A DNA stretch of 64,000 nt from Klebsormidium nitens (taxonomy: Eukaryota; Plantae; Klebsormidiophyceae), in the NCBI GenBank assembly GCA_000708835.1, contig DF237063.1, positions 100,875-164,874 on the forward strand, written 5' to 3'. Below, one piece after another: positions 33,024 through 44,200 of the stretch. Under the pieces are notes generated by a model that was given only the letters and a program-made list of their open reading frames with translations, was not told where the DNA came from and ran no database searches. Positions within the stretch are counted from its first letter, which is position 1, and every line of letters starts with the position of its first letter. A program made the position numbers and the translations under genes.

Positions 33024-36000
33024 TCAGATGCCAGCCTTTTGGGCGGCAGCCGCTGCCGTGACATTGGTGGCAAGCTGGAAACTTCTAGCCGTGAGCGACT
33101 TGGTCTTTTCTATGATCTGCTCATACCTGGAAAAACAAAAGAGCACGAGTCAGCCAGCCGGCACAAACATTAGTCTCCGTTTCCACTACTGCATACTTGC
33201 AGAGACCAAGTTGGTGCTTGATGGCTCGGTTGGAATTTTATTCGCTCCCTCAGCGAATGCAGGCACCGCAGAACTTCCACGGCAAAGATCTAAATCTTCA
33301 GCCCTGAACGTTCGTCGGCTTGTTTCTGGTTGTCCTTCCGCAAATGATTGCTCACGAACTCTTCTCACAGCCCGCCCATCGCAGATGGATAAAGACAATC
33401 AGGTGGACGCTCTGAGAAGCAAATAATGCTCAAAACCATGGGAACGCAACCTGATGCCGTAAGGAACGGGTTGAACTCTCAAATTCCATGCAACGCAAAG
33501 CAATGATCCAAGACAGAGGGGCTTACACGCTGGGATGCGGGTTGGTCATGATGACGGTTCCGGCCTTGGAGTCGATCTTGGCCTCCAGCCGCGATTGCCG
33601 GATCAGGTTCACGATCCACCGCTCCGCGTCCTCCGGGCTGAGGCTCAGCTTCTCGGATAGAATCCTGCGGGTACACAGAGCGAATTTGAAAATCACATTC
33701 TAAACAGGGCGTTGTGGATTCCAAAAATGCAGCGACGAATAGCCCACCAAGCCGCTGTTCCAAGTCGCAGAACGGGGCAGCACGTGGTCAAGAGTCTCGG
33801 CGAAAGGCGGGCGAGAGGGGACGCCCTCGTCTGTGTTGTCCATAATGCTTGGAAAGATTGCCTTTTATTGCCTCTTGATGTGCAGGCCATGAACAGGGGC
33901 CTTTCGACGCAACATCCAAGGAACTGACGCTGAGGGCTGCCATTAATCAATTGATGGTCTCGCGCTTTCCTCGCCAGCTTCGAGAGCATGCCTACTGACT
34001 CAATGAGGGAATAGTCTGCAGGTGGAGACACCAGATGCTGACTCAATAGAAGGAAGGGCTCACTTGGTGTCAAGGCACTGGTGAATTTTGCAGTAGGTCT
34101 CGAAGATGTAGTTGCGCGCGTTGTCCATCAGCTCCCCTCGGACGGACCCAATGAAGTAGTCGTTCGCCAACACCTGCGCGACCAAACCGGAGGGTTTCAA
34201 CTTCTAGGGCCAAGGGACTGCAAGATTCCAGGCGTAACCTTCTGGCAAGAGAGGGTCCCTGACTAGTCAACGTGTGTGTACTCCTTTTCCCAGACGAAGG
34301 TACTAGGCATTCCTGCAAATTATCTGCCGTTACCAATAGGTCACGACCATGTTGATACGTACATCGCTGTGTTTCGCTTGGACTAACGAGAATGTCAACG
34401 AAAATGCAGATTCGTTTACTTAAGACTGATCGAAGAATGTTCACTCTTTCTCGTTAACAAGAGAGATACCTCCAACCTGGATGCTCTGGAGGACTTTTTC
34501 AACCGGACAGAACCTGGAAAGCTCCGGAGGGATTTTTCAACCAGAGAGAATCTTCCAAATCTCGCTAAAAAACGAAAATACTAATCAGAAACCCGCTGCC
34601 CACCTCCTCGCAATCTACTCGGCTTCTGCTGCGCCCCGAAAGAAGAACGACGTGAAGGCTCGAGGAACCAGTATTACAGAAAGGAACCCGAGGAAAACAT
34701 CCCAAATACGTCAGCTCAACTCCTAACCTCCTTGCACTACTTCAGCTTCTGCTGCGCCCCTCAAAACCGTGTCCTCCAAAAATACGTATAATGTTGACGC
34801 GGAATCATACTTCAGCACTTCATAAACGTTTCTCGACTCACAACCACCAAAAAGAGAAAGCCAAACACTGCATCCGCACCTCCGCGCAGTTCTTCGGATT
34901 CTGCTGCCANNNNNNNNNNNNNNNNNNNNNNNNNNNNNNNNNNNNNNNNNNNNNNNNNNNNNNNNNNNNNNNNNNNNNNNNNNNNNNNNNNNNNNNNNNN
35001 NNNNNNNNNNNNNNNNNNNNNNNNNNNNNNNNNNNNNNNNNNNNNNNNNNNNNNNNNNNNNNNNNNNNNNNNNNNNNNNNNNNNNNNNNNNNNNNNNNNN
35101 NNNNNNNNNNNNNNNNNNNNNNNNNNNNNNNNNNNNNNNNNNNNNNNNNNNNNNNNNNNNNNNNNNNNNNNNNNNNNNNNNNNNNNNNNNNNNNNNNNNN
35201 NNNNNNNNNNNNNNNNNNNNNNNNNNNNNNNNNNNNNNNNNNNNNNNNNNNNNNNNNNNNNNNNNNNNNNNNNNNNNNNNNNNNNNNNNNNNNNNNNNNN
35301 NNNNNNNNNNNNNNNNNNNNNNNNNNNNNNNNNNNNNNNNNNNNNNNNNNNNNNNNNNNNNNNNNNNNNNNNNNNNNNNNNNNNNNNNNNNNNNNNNNNN
35401 NNNNNNNNNNNNNNNNNNNNNNNNNNNNNNNNNNNNNNNNNNNNNNNNNNNNNNNNNNNNNNNNNNNNNNNNNNNNNNNNNNNNNNNNNNNNNNNNNNNN
35501 NNNNNNNNNNNNNNNNNNNNNNNNNNNNNNNNNNNNNNNNNNNNNNNNNNNNNNNATACTCCAACACCTCGTAATATTCTCCAAAGGACGACTACCATAA
35601 GACTTGTAAAAAACTGGGGCCAGAAGTCTATCCGCACCTCCTCGCACTCTTTCAGCTTCTGCTGCGCCCCCTCGAAATTGGTCCTCCAGAATTGTGTGAG
35701 TCTGACACTAAATCCTACTCCCTTCCTTCATTTTCTTCGAACCACAACTAGTCTCAAGAGTCCGAAAAAAGAATTTAAGGTCCAAATCCGCACCTCCTCG
35801 CACTCTTTCAGCTTCTGCTGCGCCCCCTCGAAGTCGTACTCGATGTAGAGGCACTCGAGGAACTGCGTGATGGGGTCCGCGTACGTGTAGCTCTCCTGCT
35901 GGATGACCTTCATCAGCTCGCGCATCACCAGCTGCCGCCGCCGCTTGTTCAAAATCACCGCCGTCGCCAGGTACCGCAGCAAGTGGTGCGCATTCTGCTG

Positions 36001-39000
36001 GATCGCGTTCAAGTACCTGGAAGAAGGGGCGTTCTGGACTTAGAATTCTTAAGTAATTTGAGTCCTTGATTTGCAGGTCTGGTATTACTGGCTTCCTGGG
36101 TCAATCATATCACCGCTGTCACTAGGTACCGCAGCAAGTGGTGCGCAATCTGCTGGATCGCATTCGAAAAGCTGGGGGTCAGCGGTCTAGATATCCCAGA
36201 AGTTGCGCATCTTCGGGTTGGAATTTTAGAAGCATTGGCTTTCAAATCGCTCGTTCAAGGATCCCCACGACCGCCAGGTACTGCAGCAAGTAGTAAACAT
36301 TCTGCTGGATCGCATCTGAATACCTGAGGGGCGACAATGTGCGAGCCTAGGATTGCTAGCTTTGTTGAATCAGTTGGGTATAATATGTACAGCTACTGTT
36401 CTCCAGGATGCTCTGCTTGATTGAGCTCAGATACTTGAAAAGTGAGACATCGTGATGAACGACGCAGTTTAAGGCTTGGTAGAAAGCGGGGAAAAAAAAA
36501 ACGACTGACCGACAGCAAGTCTTGAGGAGCACAAACCAGGGTCACGTAACCCAGATTACACAATGAAACGAAGGTGCTTCTTCGGGTGGAGCTTACGCTC
36601 ACGTAACCGGATCGACTGAAGCCTCATACTATTGTGAAGGACGTAGAAACGTGCATGTCTGTACCCTTAATTGTGAAACGGCGATCAGAGAGGAAACAGA
36701 CAAACACTTAGACGGGGGAATCAACAAGCGGAATGGAACTACATCGAACTGACTTTTGATGAGTGGCGCTCACTTTTCTTGGAAGAACATGTCGATGAGG
36801 AGGTTGTTCCCGTTTTCGTGGTTGAAGAAGACGAAGAGGCTCCAGTGCAGCAGCCACGTCCGCTGCTGCAGCTGGCTCAGGGGGCTGGTAAAGGCCTGCA
36901 AACAGAGGGCGGGGAAACGAGGGGTTGGACGCTTAAATCAAAGCTCCAGACGGAATTTGTAGCCAACTTGCCTTCTTCTGAGCCAAGGACGTGCCACAAA
37001 ACGCCACTCGCAAGCCCAGCACTTTATATAAACGAATGTGCACACAATATCGTTAAAGAGGTGAGAGCGATTGGGCTCATACTAGACCCCGCTTAGACTC
37101 TGGGAACGGCTTAAATTCAGTCTCCTACTCAAACGCGGTCTTTTTAAGACTAGGTCTTCCGTAAGTCGCTCCAAATTCGACCTCGAAGTCCTGAGAACCC
37201 GAATCGGATGCAAAGTCCTCAATATAGGCCCCTTTACCTTCCCTGATCCGTTTACAACTTCCCGCTGCATTGTCCCAATTCCAAAAACCTCTCCAAGCAT
37301 TTTGATCCGGCTCCTACACCCAAGAATCTCAAGGTGCAAATCCCCCACCAAATGCAACCGACCTTGATGTCGAATATTCCTTGAGCCAGTAATGTCCTCG
37401 CGCAACTCCTTCCGACTTATTTTCAAACCCCAGAGGTCGACTCCACTTCCAATCGACTCACTCCTCCAAATCCTTCCATAACTCCCTCCAAAAATCTTCC
37501 GCAACTCAGAAATCAATCTGAACTCCAGATTCATACCCACCTTGGAGTCGATAATCTCCTTGAGCCGGTTGAGATCCTCCAGCGCGTCCTCCCACTTCTG
37601 CATCAGGATGGCCGCCGCCAGCTTGCCCCACAGCGCGCTCATGCTTTTGTCCGCGTCGCTCGACAGCTGGCGGTAGCTGTACAGAAACTCGGCCGCGCCC
37701 GAGTAGTTGCCGCACTCAAACTGGAACTTGGCGTACCAGTAGAGAGCCTCGATCTGGTCCTGTCCAATCTGGAAGAGCAGAAAGAGACAACGTCCCTTTT
37801 CAGCACGTCTCCCAATTTCATCTCTTGAGAGGAACGCTTGGGAGATTATCCGCGCCCAAGTGGTTGCCGCACTCGAACTAATCCTTAACTGTGTATTTTT
37901 AGAGCCTCAATCTGGTCCTGTCCAATCTGGATAGGCAAAAATAGACACGCCCCTCTTCAGCTCGCTTTCTGATTCCTTCGGAGACCATCAACAGAAACGC
38001 AGACCACGAGAAGTTGGATGAACTGGAGTTGAGTCAATCTGCCCCTGCTCCCTTTGCAGCTCGGTTTTCTGGTTCTGTCAGAATTGAGCAGAGAAGTGGC
38101 CCCAATAACTCAAATGACTTAAAACAAAGTGGTCCTGGTAAAAGTCAAACCTAGATATGAGATCCGAAAGATGAGACATAAGCAAAGCAGGACGCCAGAC
38201 GAGGTATGAACAACCGACTTTGAAGGCCGGTAAGACAAAATCGACCGGACAAAAAACCGAACTAAGGAACACATCAAACCTCGCAGGAATGCGAAGCTGA
38301 CACTGAAGCGCTCCACCAGGATGCAAATGCTCAATAACGATGAGTGACGATGGGACACCAAGGAGCTCGGATCCGAAAACAGTCAGAGGACCAAAGGAGA
38401 TGATGAAAGACCAGTATGGAAGGCAAAGGGGGTGGCACCGACAATGAAGCACTCCCCCAGCAGCTGCACGTCACGAGAACGATGAGATACTCGAGGAAGT
38501 CTGAGATACCCACGAAGTCAAGACAAAGGAAGCAGTGAAAGAATGAGAAGGATGATCTTGAAAACGGAGTACAAAATGCAGAAAAGGTGGTGGCACTGAC
38601 GTTGAAGCGCTCCCGCAGCAGCTGCACATTGTAGGCCTTGTCGGAGGGGTGCAGCTGGTCGACGTGTGCGGGGTCCTGCAAGAACTGGATGATGGGGGCC
38701 GCCTTCTCGTCCAGGTCGCGCATGCGCTCGACAACGTCCGCACGCCGCTCGAGCATCTCTGCAGGGGGGGGGATGCCGACACTGTTGATGAGCGCGAGAA
38801 TGTGGGGTCAATCAACAGCTTCTCACCAGAGTATTCATCCGCCTTCTTATTCTGGACTTATAAATGGCGCCTGCAAACATGCTTCAGCGCTCTGCAACTA
38901 CGACTCCTAGCCCACACACTGTACCAAGCATGGAGAGGGATCGAAACAAGCGCTCGGCACAGCGGCCTGTCAGAGCAAAAGTCTGAGCAACTCCAACTAT

Positions 39001-40059
39001 CAACCAGGGCATGCGCGTCAGGCCGGCCTTTTCTGTGCCCTCTGATTACATCCAATCAGTGGCTGACTTGCAATTTGCTGTGAGCCATTTCAACCATTAC
39101 GATTATAATTTCGCCAGCTCTACACCAAAGTCGCCGTCTGCTACACCTAACCCATAGATTCCTTTTTGCCCCGCTTTGCTGTCGCCTTGAACGTCGACTT
39201 ACAGACCGTTTGCAGACGACATAATTAGCTGCGCCGATCTCAAGGAGGAGGGACACAAGAGCCGAGCGGAGCCAAAGGGTGACAAAGCTAGAAAACCTGC
39301 CCGGGAGCTGCCCGCTGGTCACTGCCGCCTGCATTCAGTCGCCACTGTAACACCACTACCAATCCTGGCTTCAACCGTGCTGATCTCATCAACCTTCCAA
39401 AGGCGATTGATTGAGAGCAACTGCCAGCGGACCAATCATCAATGGCACACCGTCGATTGGAGACTTCGCCGCAAATATAGAATCTGGATTGCGGGACGCC
39501 GCACCTTCCGGGACGTCCTCTGTCCTGTAGAGCGCTTTGTGGATGTCCATGCCATAGTCAACCATGTTTGTCTTGCCCAAGAGGTCGATTTTGGCCTTCA
39601 GAATGTCCTCCTCCGGGTATACCTGCACCGACCTCAGGATGTTTACGATCACTCATAGCAATGCATTGTCCGGCGGCAGGCCTGTGCGGCGCTTCCCTTA
39701 TGCAAGCTGAAAAGTCTCATAACACCACAGGAACAAGACATACGCAGAGACAATTGGCACCGTTACCAACGATTCCCTTGGCTCAATACCAATTCGCGTT
39801 TAACTCGCTTTGCCCCCTGATATAGTGCCCAGGATCTTGTTGCAAGCGCTAACCAAGTTGACGAGCTGGCTGCAGAGGTACTAAAGGGGCCACGCTTTCC
39901 TTTTGAAAGAATACACACCGGAACTACATCAGACGCGTCAAAAGCAGCCGGCAAGCAAAGCATTAGACTGACCTGCTTCTCTTGAAGAAACTCCAGCAGC
40001 GGGAACACCAGATGCCGGTCCAGATAGGGCGACATCTTGGGCACCAAATCGTGTGCCAT
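33024..40059 (-). CDS. EIF3E: Eukaryotic translation initiation factor 3 subunit E (INT6), 9 exons
   Basis: Exons 40059-39973 ([29 protein letters not shown]), 39622-39505, 38758-38601, 37768-37541 ([21 protein letters not shown]...[16 protein letters not shown]), 36895-36774 ([18 protein letters not shown]), 36016-35794 ([21 protein letters not shown]), 34173-34064, 33664-33527 ([20 protein letters not shown]), 33126-33024. Confidence 0.97.
34590..35830 (-). repeat. Tandem decayed copies of the eIF3e exon 6 donor junction spanning the gap
   Basis: ccgcacctcctcgcactctttcagcttctgctgcgcccc (true, ~35788) recurs at ~35631, ~34875, ~34728 and ~34599. Confidence 0.9.
34910..35555. other. Assembly gap (646 N) inside eIF3e intron 6
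   Basis: Run of N flanked on both sides by decayed copies of the exon 6 donor junction. Confidence 0.99.
36016..36330 (-). repeat. Decayed copies of the eIF3e exon 6 acceptor junction
   Basis: aggtaccgcagcaagtggtgcgcattctgctggatcgc recurs at ~36124 and ~36276. Confidence 0.9.
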
Positions 40060-40569
40060 CTTTCGACCACTTCAATTGCCTACCAACGTAAACTTGTCGT
40101 GAGTGCCCGTCCCACTTCTGTAGTCAAATTCGCGGATTGCAACCCCTCGAAAGAAGCTCTTTTCCCTGTGCTGCGCGCTTTCCCTATGCCCTCATGTCTC
40201 AGACAACGCGTTGTGTTTCCTCCATTTCATAGCGTTGATCTGCTGGCAGCACTGCAGCTGCCAACAGATGAGATGATCAAGCACCCAAGCTTGTACCGGG
40301 CGTATCGACCTGGCTTAGTACGACGTGCTCTGGGTTCGGCTGTCATGCCCGGGAGCCTCGTCCCGGGCAACTGGCCAGAGTGGTAATGGTAGATTTGCTA
40401 TGGTAATGGTTTCTTGGCATCCGGAAGACGAAATTACGAATGTCCCGTCGGCACCACTGCCGCAAAACTATCAAAGTAGACTCCTTTTGTTAGTGTCTCC
40501 GCCACTCTGATTGGTGTGAATCACTCTCAACCCACCTGGAAGCACCTGAAGTGTGACAATTATTGCAGT

Positions 40570-40780
40570 CTGTCAGTGGTTACGGGAGTGGTTACAACGT
40601 TGACAATAAGACTGACATCGACATTGACATCGTTGACATTGACATTGACCCGGGGCACTTACTTTGACATTAGGGTTACGTTGCAAACCTGTGACGGTTC
40701 ACGCCAATCGACGAGCGCTTTGTTAGGGTTACGCCATTTCCCAGTGACATTAGGGTTACTCACTGACAGTGACAACCGGG
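40570..40780. promoter_or_regulatory. Motif cluster in the eIF3e/RIOX1 divergent promoter: three TTAGGGTTAC (telo-box-like) and about six TTGACA/TTGACC
   Basis: ttagggttac at 40670, 40723 and 40750; gacattgacatcgttgacattgacattgacc at ~40620-40650. Confidence 0.55.
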
Positions 40781-41209
40781 CAGAGTTCTTTTAGTTTTAG
40801 TGTTGTAGGCCATTTATCCTGACCTGGTTCTATCCGTACTAGAATCCGTACCGCAAAGTGTACGGTAAAACCTGAAATTCTGACGCATTTTTGTTCAAAG
40901 GACCTGAGCTGACAGTACGGTCCACGCGGATACCCTGTGAACCTATGATCCCGCGTGTAAGATGTTTTCACACTTTTTTGGAGCCTGAGACACTAACAAA
41001 AGGAGTCTACTTCGTCTTACTTGCACCACTGCCAGTGCAGCAATTCTGCTGCTTCAGACATCCAAATTCAATGTTAATAGCAGGTGGTGGTGCTACTGCG
41101 CTTTTTCAACGTCTAGGACGGTTGTCTCTCCTGAGAATTGCCTTTGAGGCCATCTTTAACTGCACGCAGTTGCCCCGAAACTCTGCATTCCAGATTGCAG
41201 GCAGCCACA

Positions 41210-44200
41210 ATGGGGCGCTCAGACAAGGCGGCTGAGGCCAATGGCACAAAGCAGCCCAAGAAGCGGGCGCACATTGAGCCTGAAGAGGAGGAGGAAGAAC
41301 TAGAGGAGGGATATGAACTAGAGGAGGAAGCAGAACTGGACTCAGAGGACGAGGGGATGGAGTTGGGGGACGAGGACGGTGAAGAGGAGGAGGCGCTTCT
41401 GGAGATGTTCACTCAGGCGGAAATCATTGAAGACATGAGAAAAGCGGGCGAGGTCAAGAGCGGGAAAGCGATTGCGGAGAAGGATCGGGAACTAGAGACG
41501 GCTGCCGACTTCATGCAGTGGCTGATCGCCCCAATGACTCTTGAGAAGTTCTACAGCGAGTACTGGGAGAAGAAGCCGTTTGTGATCCAGCGGAAGAACT
41601 GCCGGGGCTACTACAACGGCTGGTTTGGAAAGGATGACGTCATCGCACTCCTGCGCACGGGCAAGATGCTGTACGGCAAGAACGTCGACGTCACGAACTA
41701 CGTCGACAATGAGCGGGTGACCCTCAACAAGGACGGGGCGGCGGACGCCGATGAGGTGCTCAGGAACTTTGAGGGGGGGTGCTCCGTCAGAGTTTTGCAC
41801 CCCCAGAGATGGTCGGATCCGCTGTGGCTGATGCTCTCTACATTGGAGCGGCACTGGGAGAGCGTTGTGGGGTGCAACACGTACCTCACCCCACCGGGGT
41901 CGCAGGGGTTTAGCCCCCACTTTGACGACATCGAGGCGTTTGTGCTGCAAACGGAGGGGCGGAAGCACTGGCGGTGCTATGCGCCGCGCGAGGGGGGGGA
42001 GCTGTTGCCGCGTGTCAGCAGCCCCAACTTCTTGCAGGTGAGGGTTAGCGCTCAGGTTTTGGCAAGGGTTGAAAAGGTGGAGTTTGGGGAAGGTTCTCTT
42101 CGAATTTTGCTAAGGGGTTAAGAGTTGGGATTTCGATCTTTTTATTTTGATGCAAAGGTGGTGCAATTTAGCAGCCCCAATATCTCGCAAGTGAGGTTTG
42201 TGGTGTTTAGATGTTCTGGGTTTTGGCAAAAGTTTAAAAGGTTGGGTTTGGAAGTTTGGTCTAATGGCAAGGTGGTGCAGCCCCAGGTGTGATTTGCGGG
42301 GGTGATTAGTGTTTTGGGTTCCGGGAAGGGTTAACGTTTGGTGGGTTTTTCAAGGGTTTGTCCGATTGCAAGGTGGTGCAGGTTAGCAGCCCAAGCCGTC
42401 CCATGTAGGCTCGGGGTTGTTCAGAATTCTCGGTTATGGCAAGGGTTTAGGAGGTGAAGTTTTGAGATTTCAGCCCTGTTGCAAAGGTGGTGCAACATAG
42501 CAGCCTTAGCGTTCCATAGGTGGCGCTGCGAGGTTTCTGATGGGGCTGGCAAAAGTGGTCAGGAATCTTGCAAGACCTTCTCAATGGATTTTGCAAGTAT
42601 TTCCGGGAGTGTGGCCTGATGGTTAGGTGGTGCAACTCTGTGCAACTGCGGTACGCTTACCAGATTAGTTTCATGACTCGCCAGGTGGCAGAGGTCGACT
42701 ATGAATTCACAGTAACCCATCATACGTCCCATAAATGATGCAGTCCTGTATCCCAAATGTTGAAAGCGGTGCGATGTAGCACACTGTCGGCCACTTTCCA
42801 AAGCTGTTTTACTTCCTCTTCATAGCGCCAGACTTGGTTACCTACACTGTTACGTGCGATACATTCTGCTGTCGCGTCAGGCCTTTGTAGTGATGAAGTG
42901 CCACGATTTCTGTCGGCACCGTCTGACCTGTTGTTTTCTATGTTCGGACTAAGGGCCACAGACTGATGGAATGGCCATCTTGCTTTTGCAGGAAGACATC
43001 GGCGAGCCGGTGCTCGAGTTCGACCTTGAGGCAGGGGACCTTCTGTACATGCCCCGGGGGACGATCCATCAGGTAAGGCTTGTGCGATTCTTGTGTTGCA
43101 AGGGGTGTGGATTAGTCAAATCCAAGCTGGGTACAGCAACGGTCTTCTCGGCGGGGGTGCCTGTTTAATCGTGCGTTTCCTTCAAGGGGCCATTTATGTC
43201 GATTGACTAAAATCAGAATCGTGGAGGTCTCGGACTCCGGTGATCGAGTGTGGTTACCTAAAAACGAATCTGGCAGGGTTTTGAAATCAAAAGAACTAAC
43301 TCTTGTTCGAGAACTCTCTGTTGTGCAGACTCTACTCAAGTGTATCTTCAAGCGAAAGCTTACCCGTTTCCCCAGTCAAGCTGCACCTACTCTTTGAGGC
43401 CCTATTCAAGCACGACTATCCTAACAGGGATCTCTTTTTGTCTCCTACCAGGTCAACTGCCTCCTCGACAGCCACTTTATGCACATTAAGTGGTCGACTT
43501 TCTGGTTCACAAGCTGCTACCTTACGTAATTTTACTAGAAAAAATTCCTCCTTTATCAAATTCTGACAAGAATTTCCAACAAGAGTTTCTGACAAGAATT
43601 CACGTCACTCCTCCCAGGCGAACTGCCTCCCCGACAGCCACTCCATGCACATCACTGTCTCCACGGGGCAGCAGAACACTTGGGCCGACTTTTTAGCCAT
43701 CACGCTGCCCCGCGCGCTCGAGCTGGCGGCGGAAGAACACGTGGAGCTGCGGCGGAGCGTGCCGCGCGACGTGCTGAACTACATGGGGGTCGTGCATTCG
43801 GACAGCTCGGACACCAGGTGAGCACCGTCCAAAAAAGTTTCACACAGTTGATTCTGTCCATATATCAACAGTGTGAAAAACGTATGGAAAGGTTGGTCGC
43901 GTCGTCCGAAAAAGTCCAACAGCTATTCACTGAAGGTGCCGAAAGGATTGAATGGTTGGACCCTATGCGAACGGATGTCTCGGTCACTAGGTGAGCGCCG
44001 TTGGAAGAATCTAACATCACTACTTCAAAAGTTCTTCAAGATGCCAAGATTGAAAACTACGATTACAATCCGGACAGCTGTACTGTTCGGACACCGTGCA
44101 GTCGGACAGCTTGGAAGCTAGGTGAGAGCCGGTTGGGGGGATCGGACGAACTTGAAAGCTAGCTTGAGTAAAAGAGGTGACGAAATTGTCTTGTGCATTT

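Noticed and set aside
34723-35647. Long ORFs in the provided track
   Set aside because: Artefacts of translating through the N gap.
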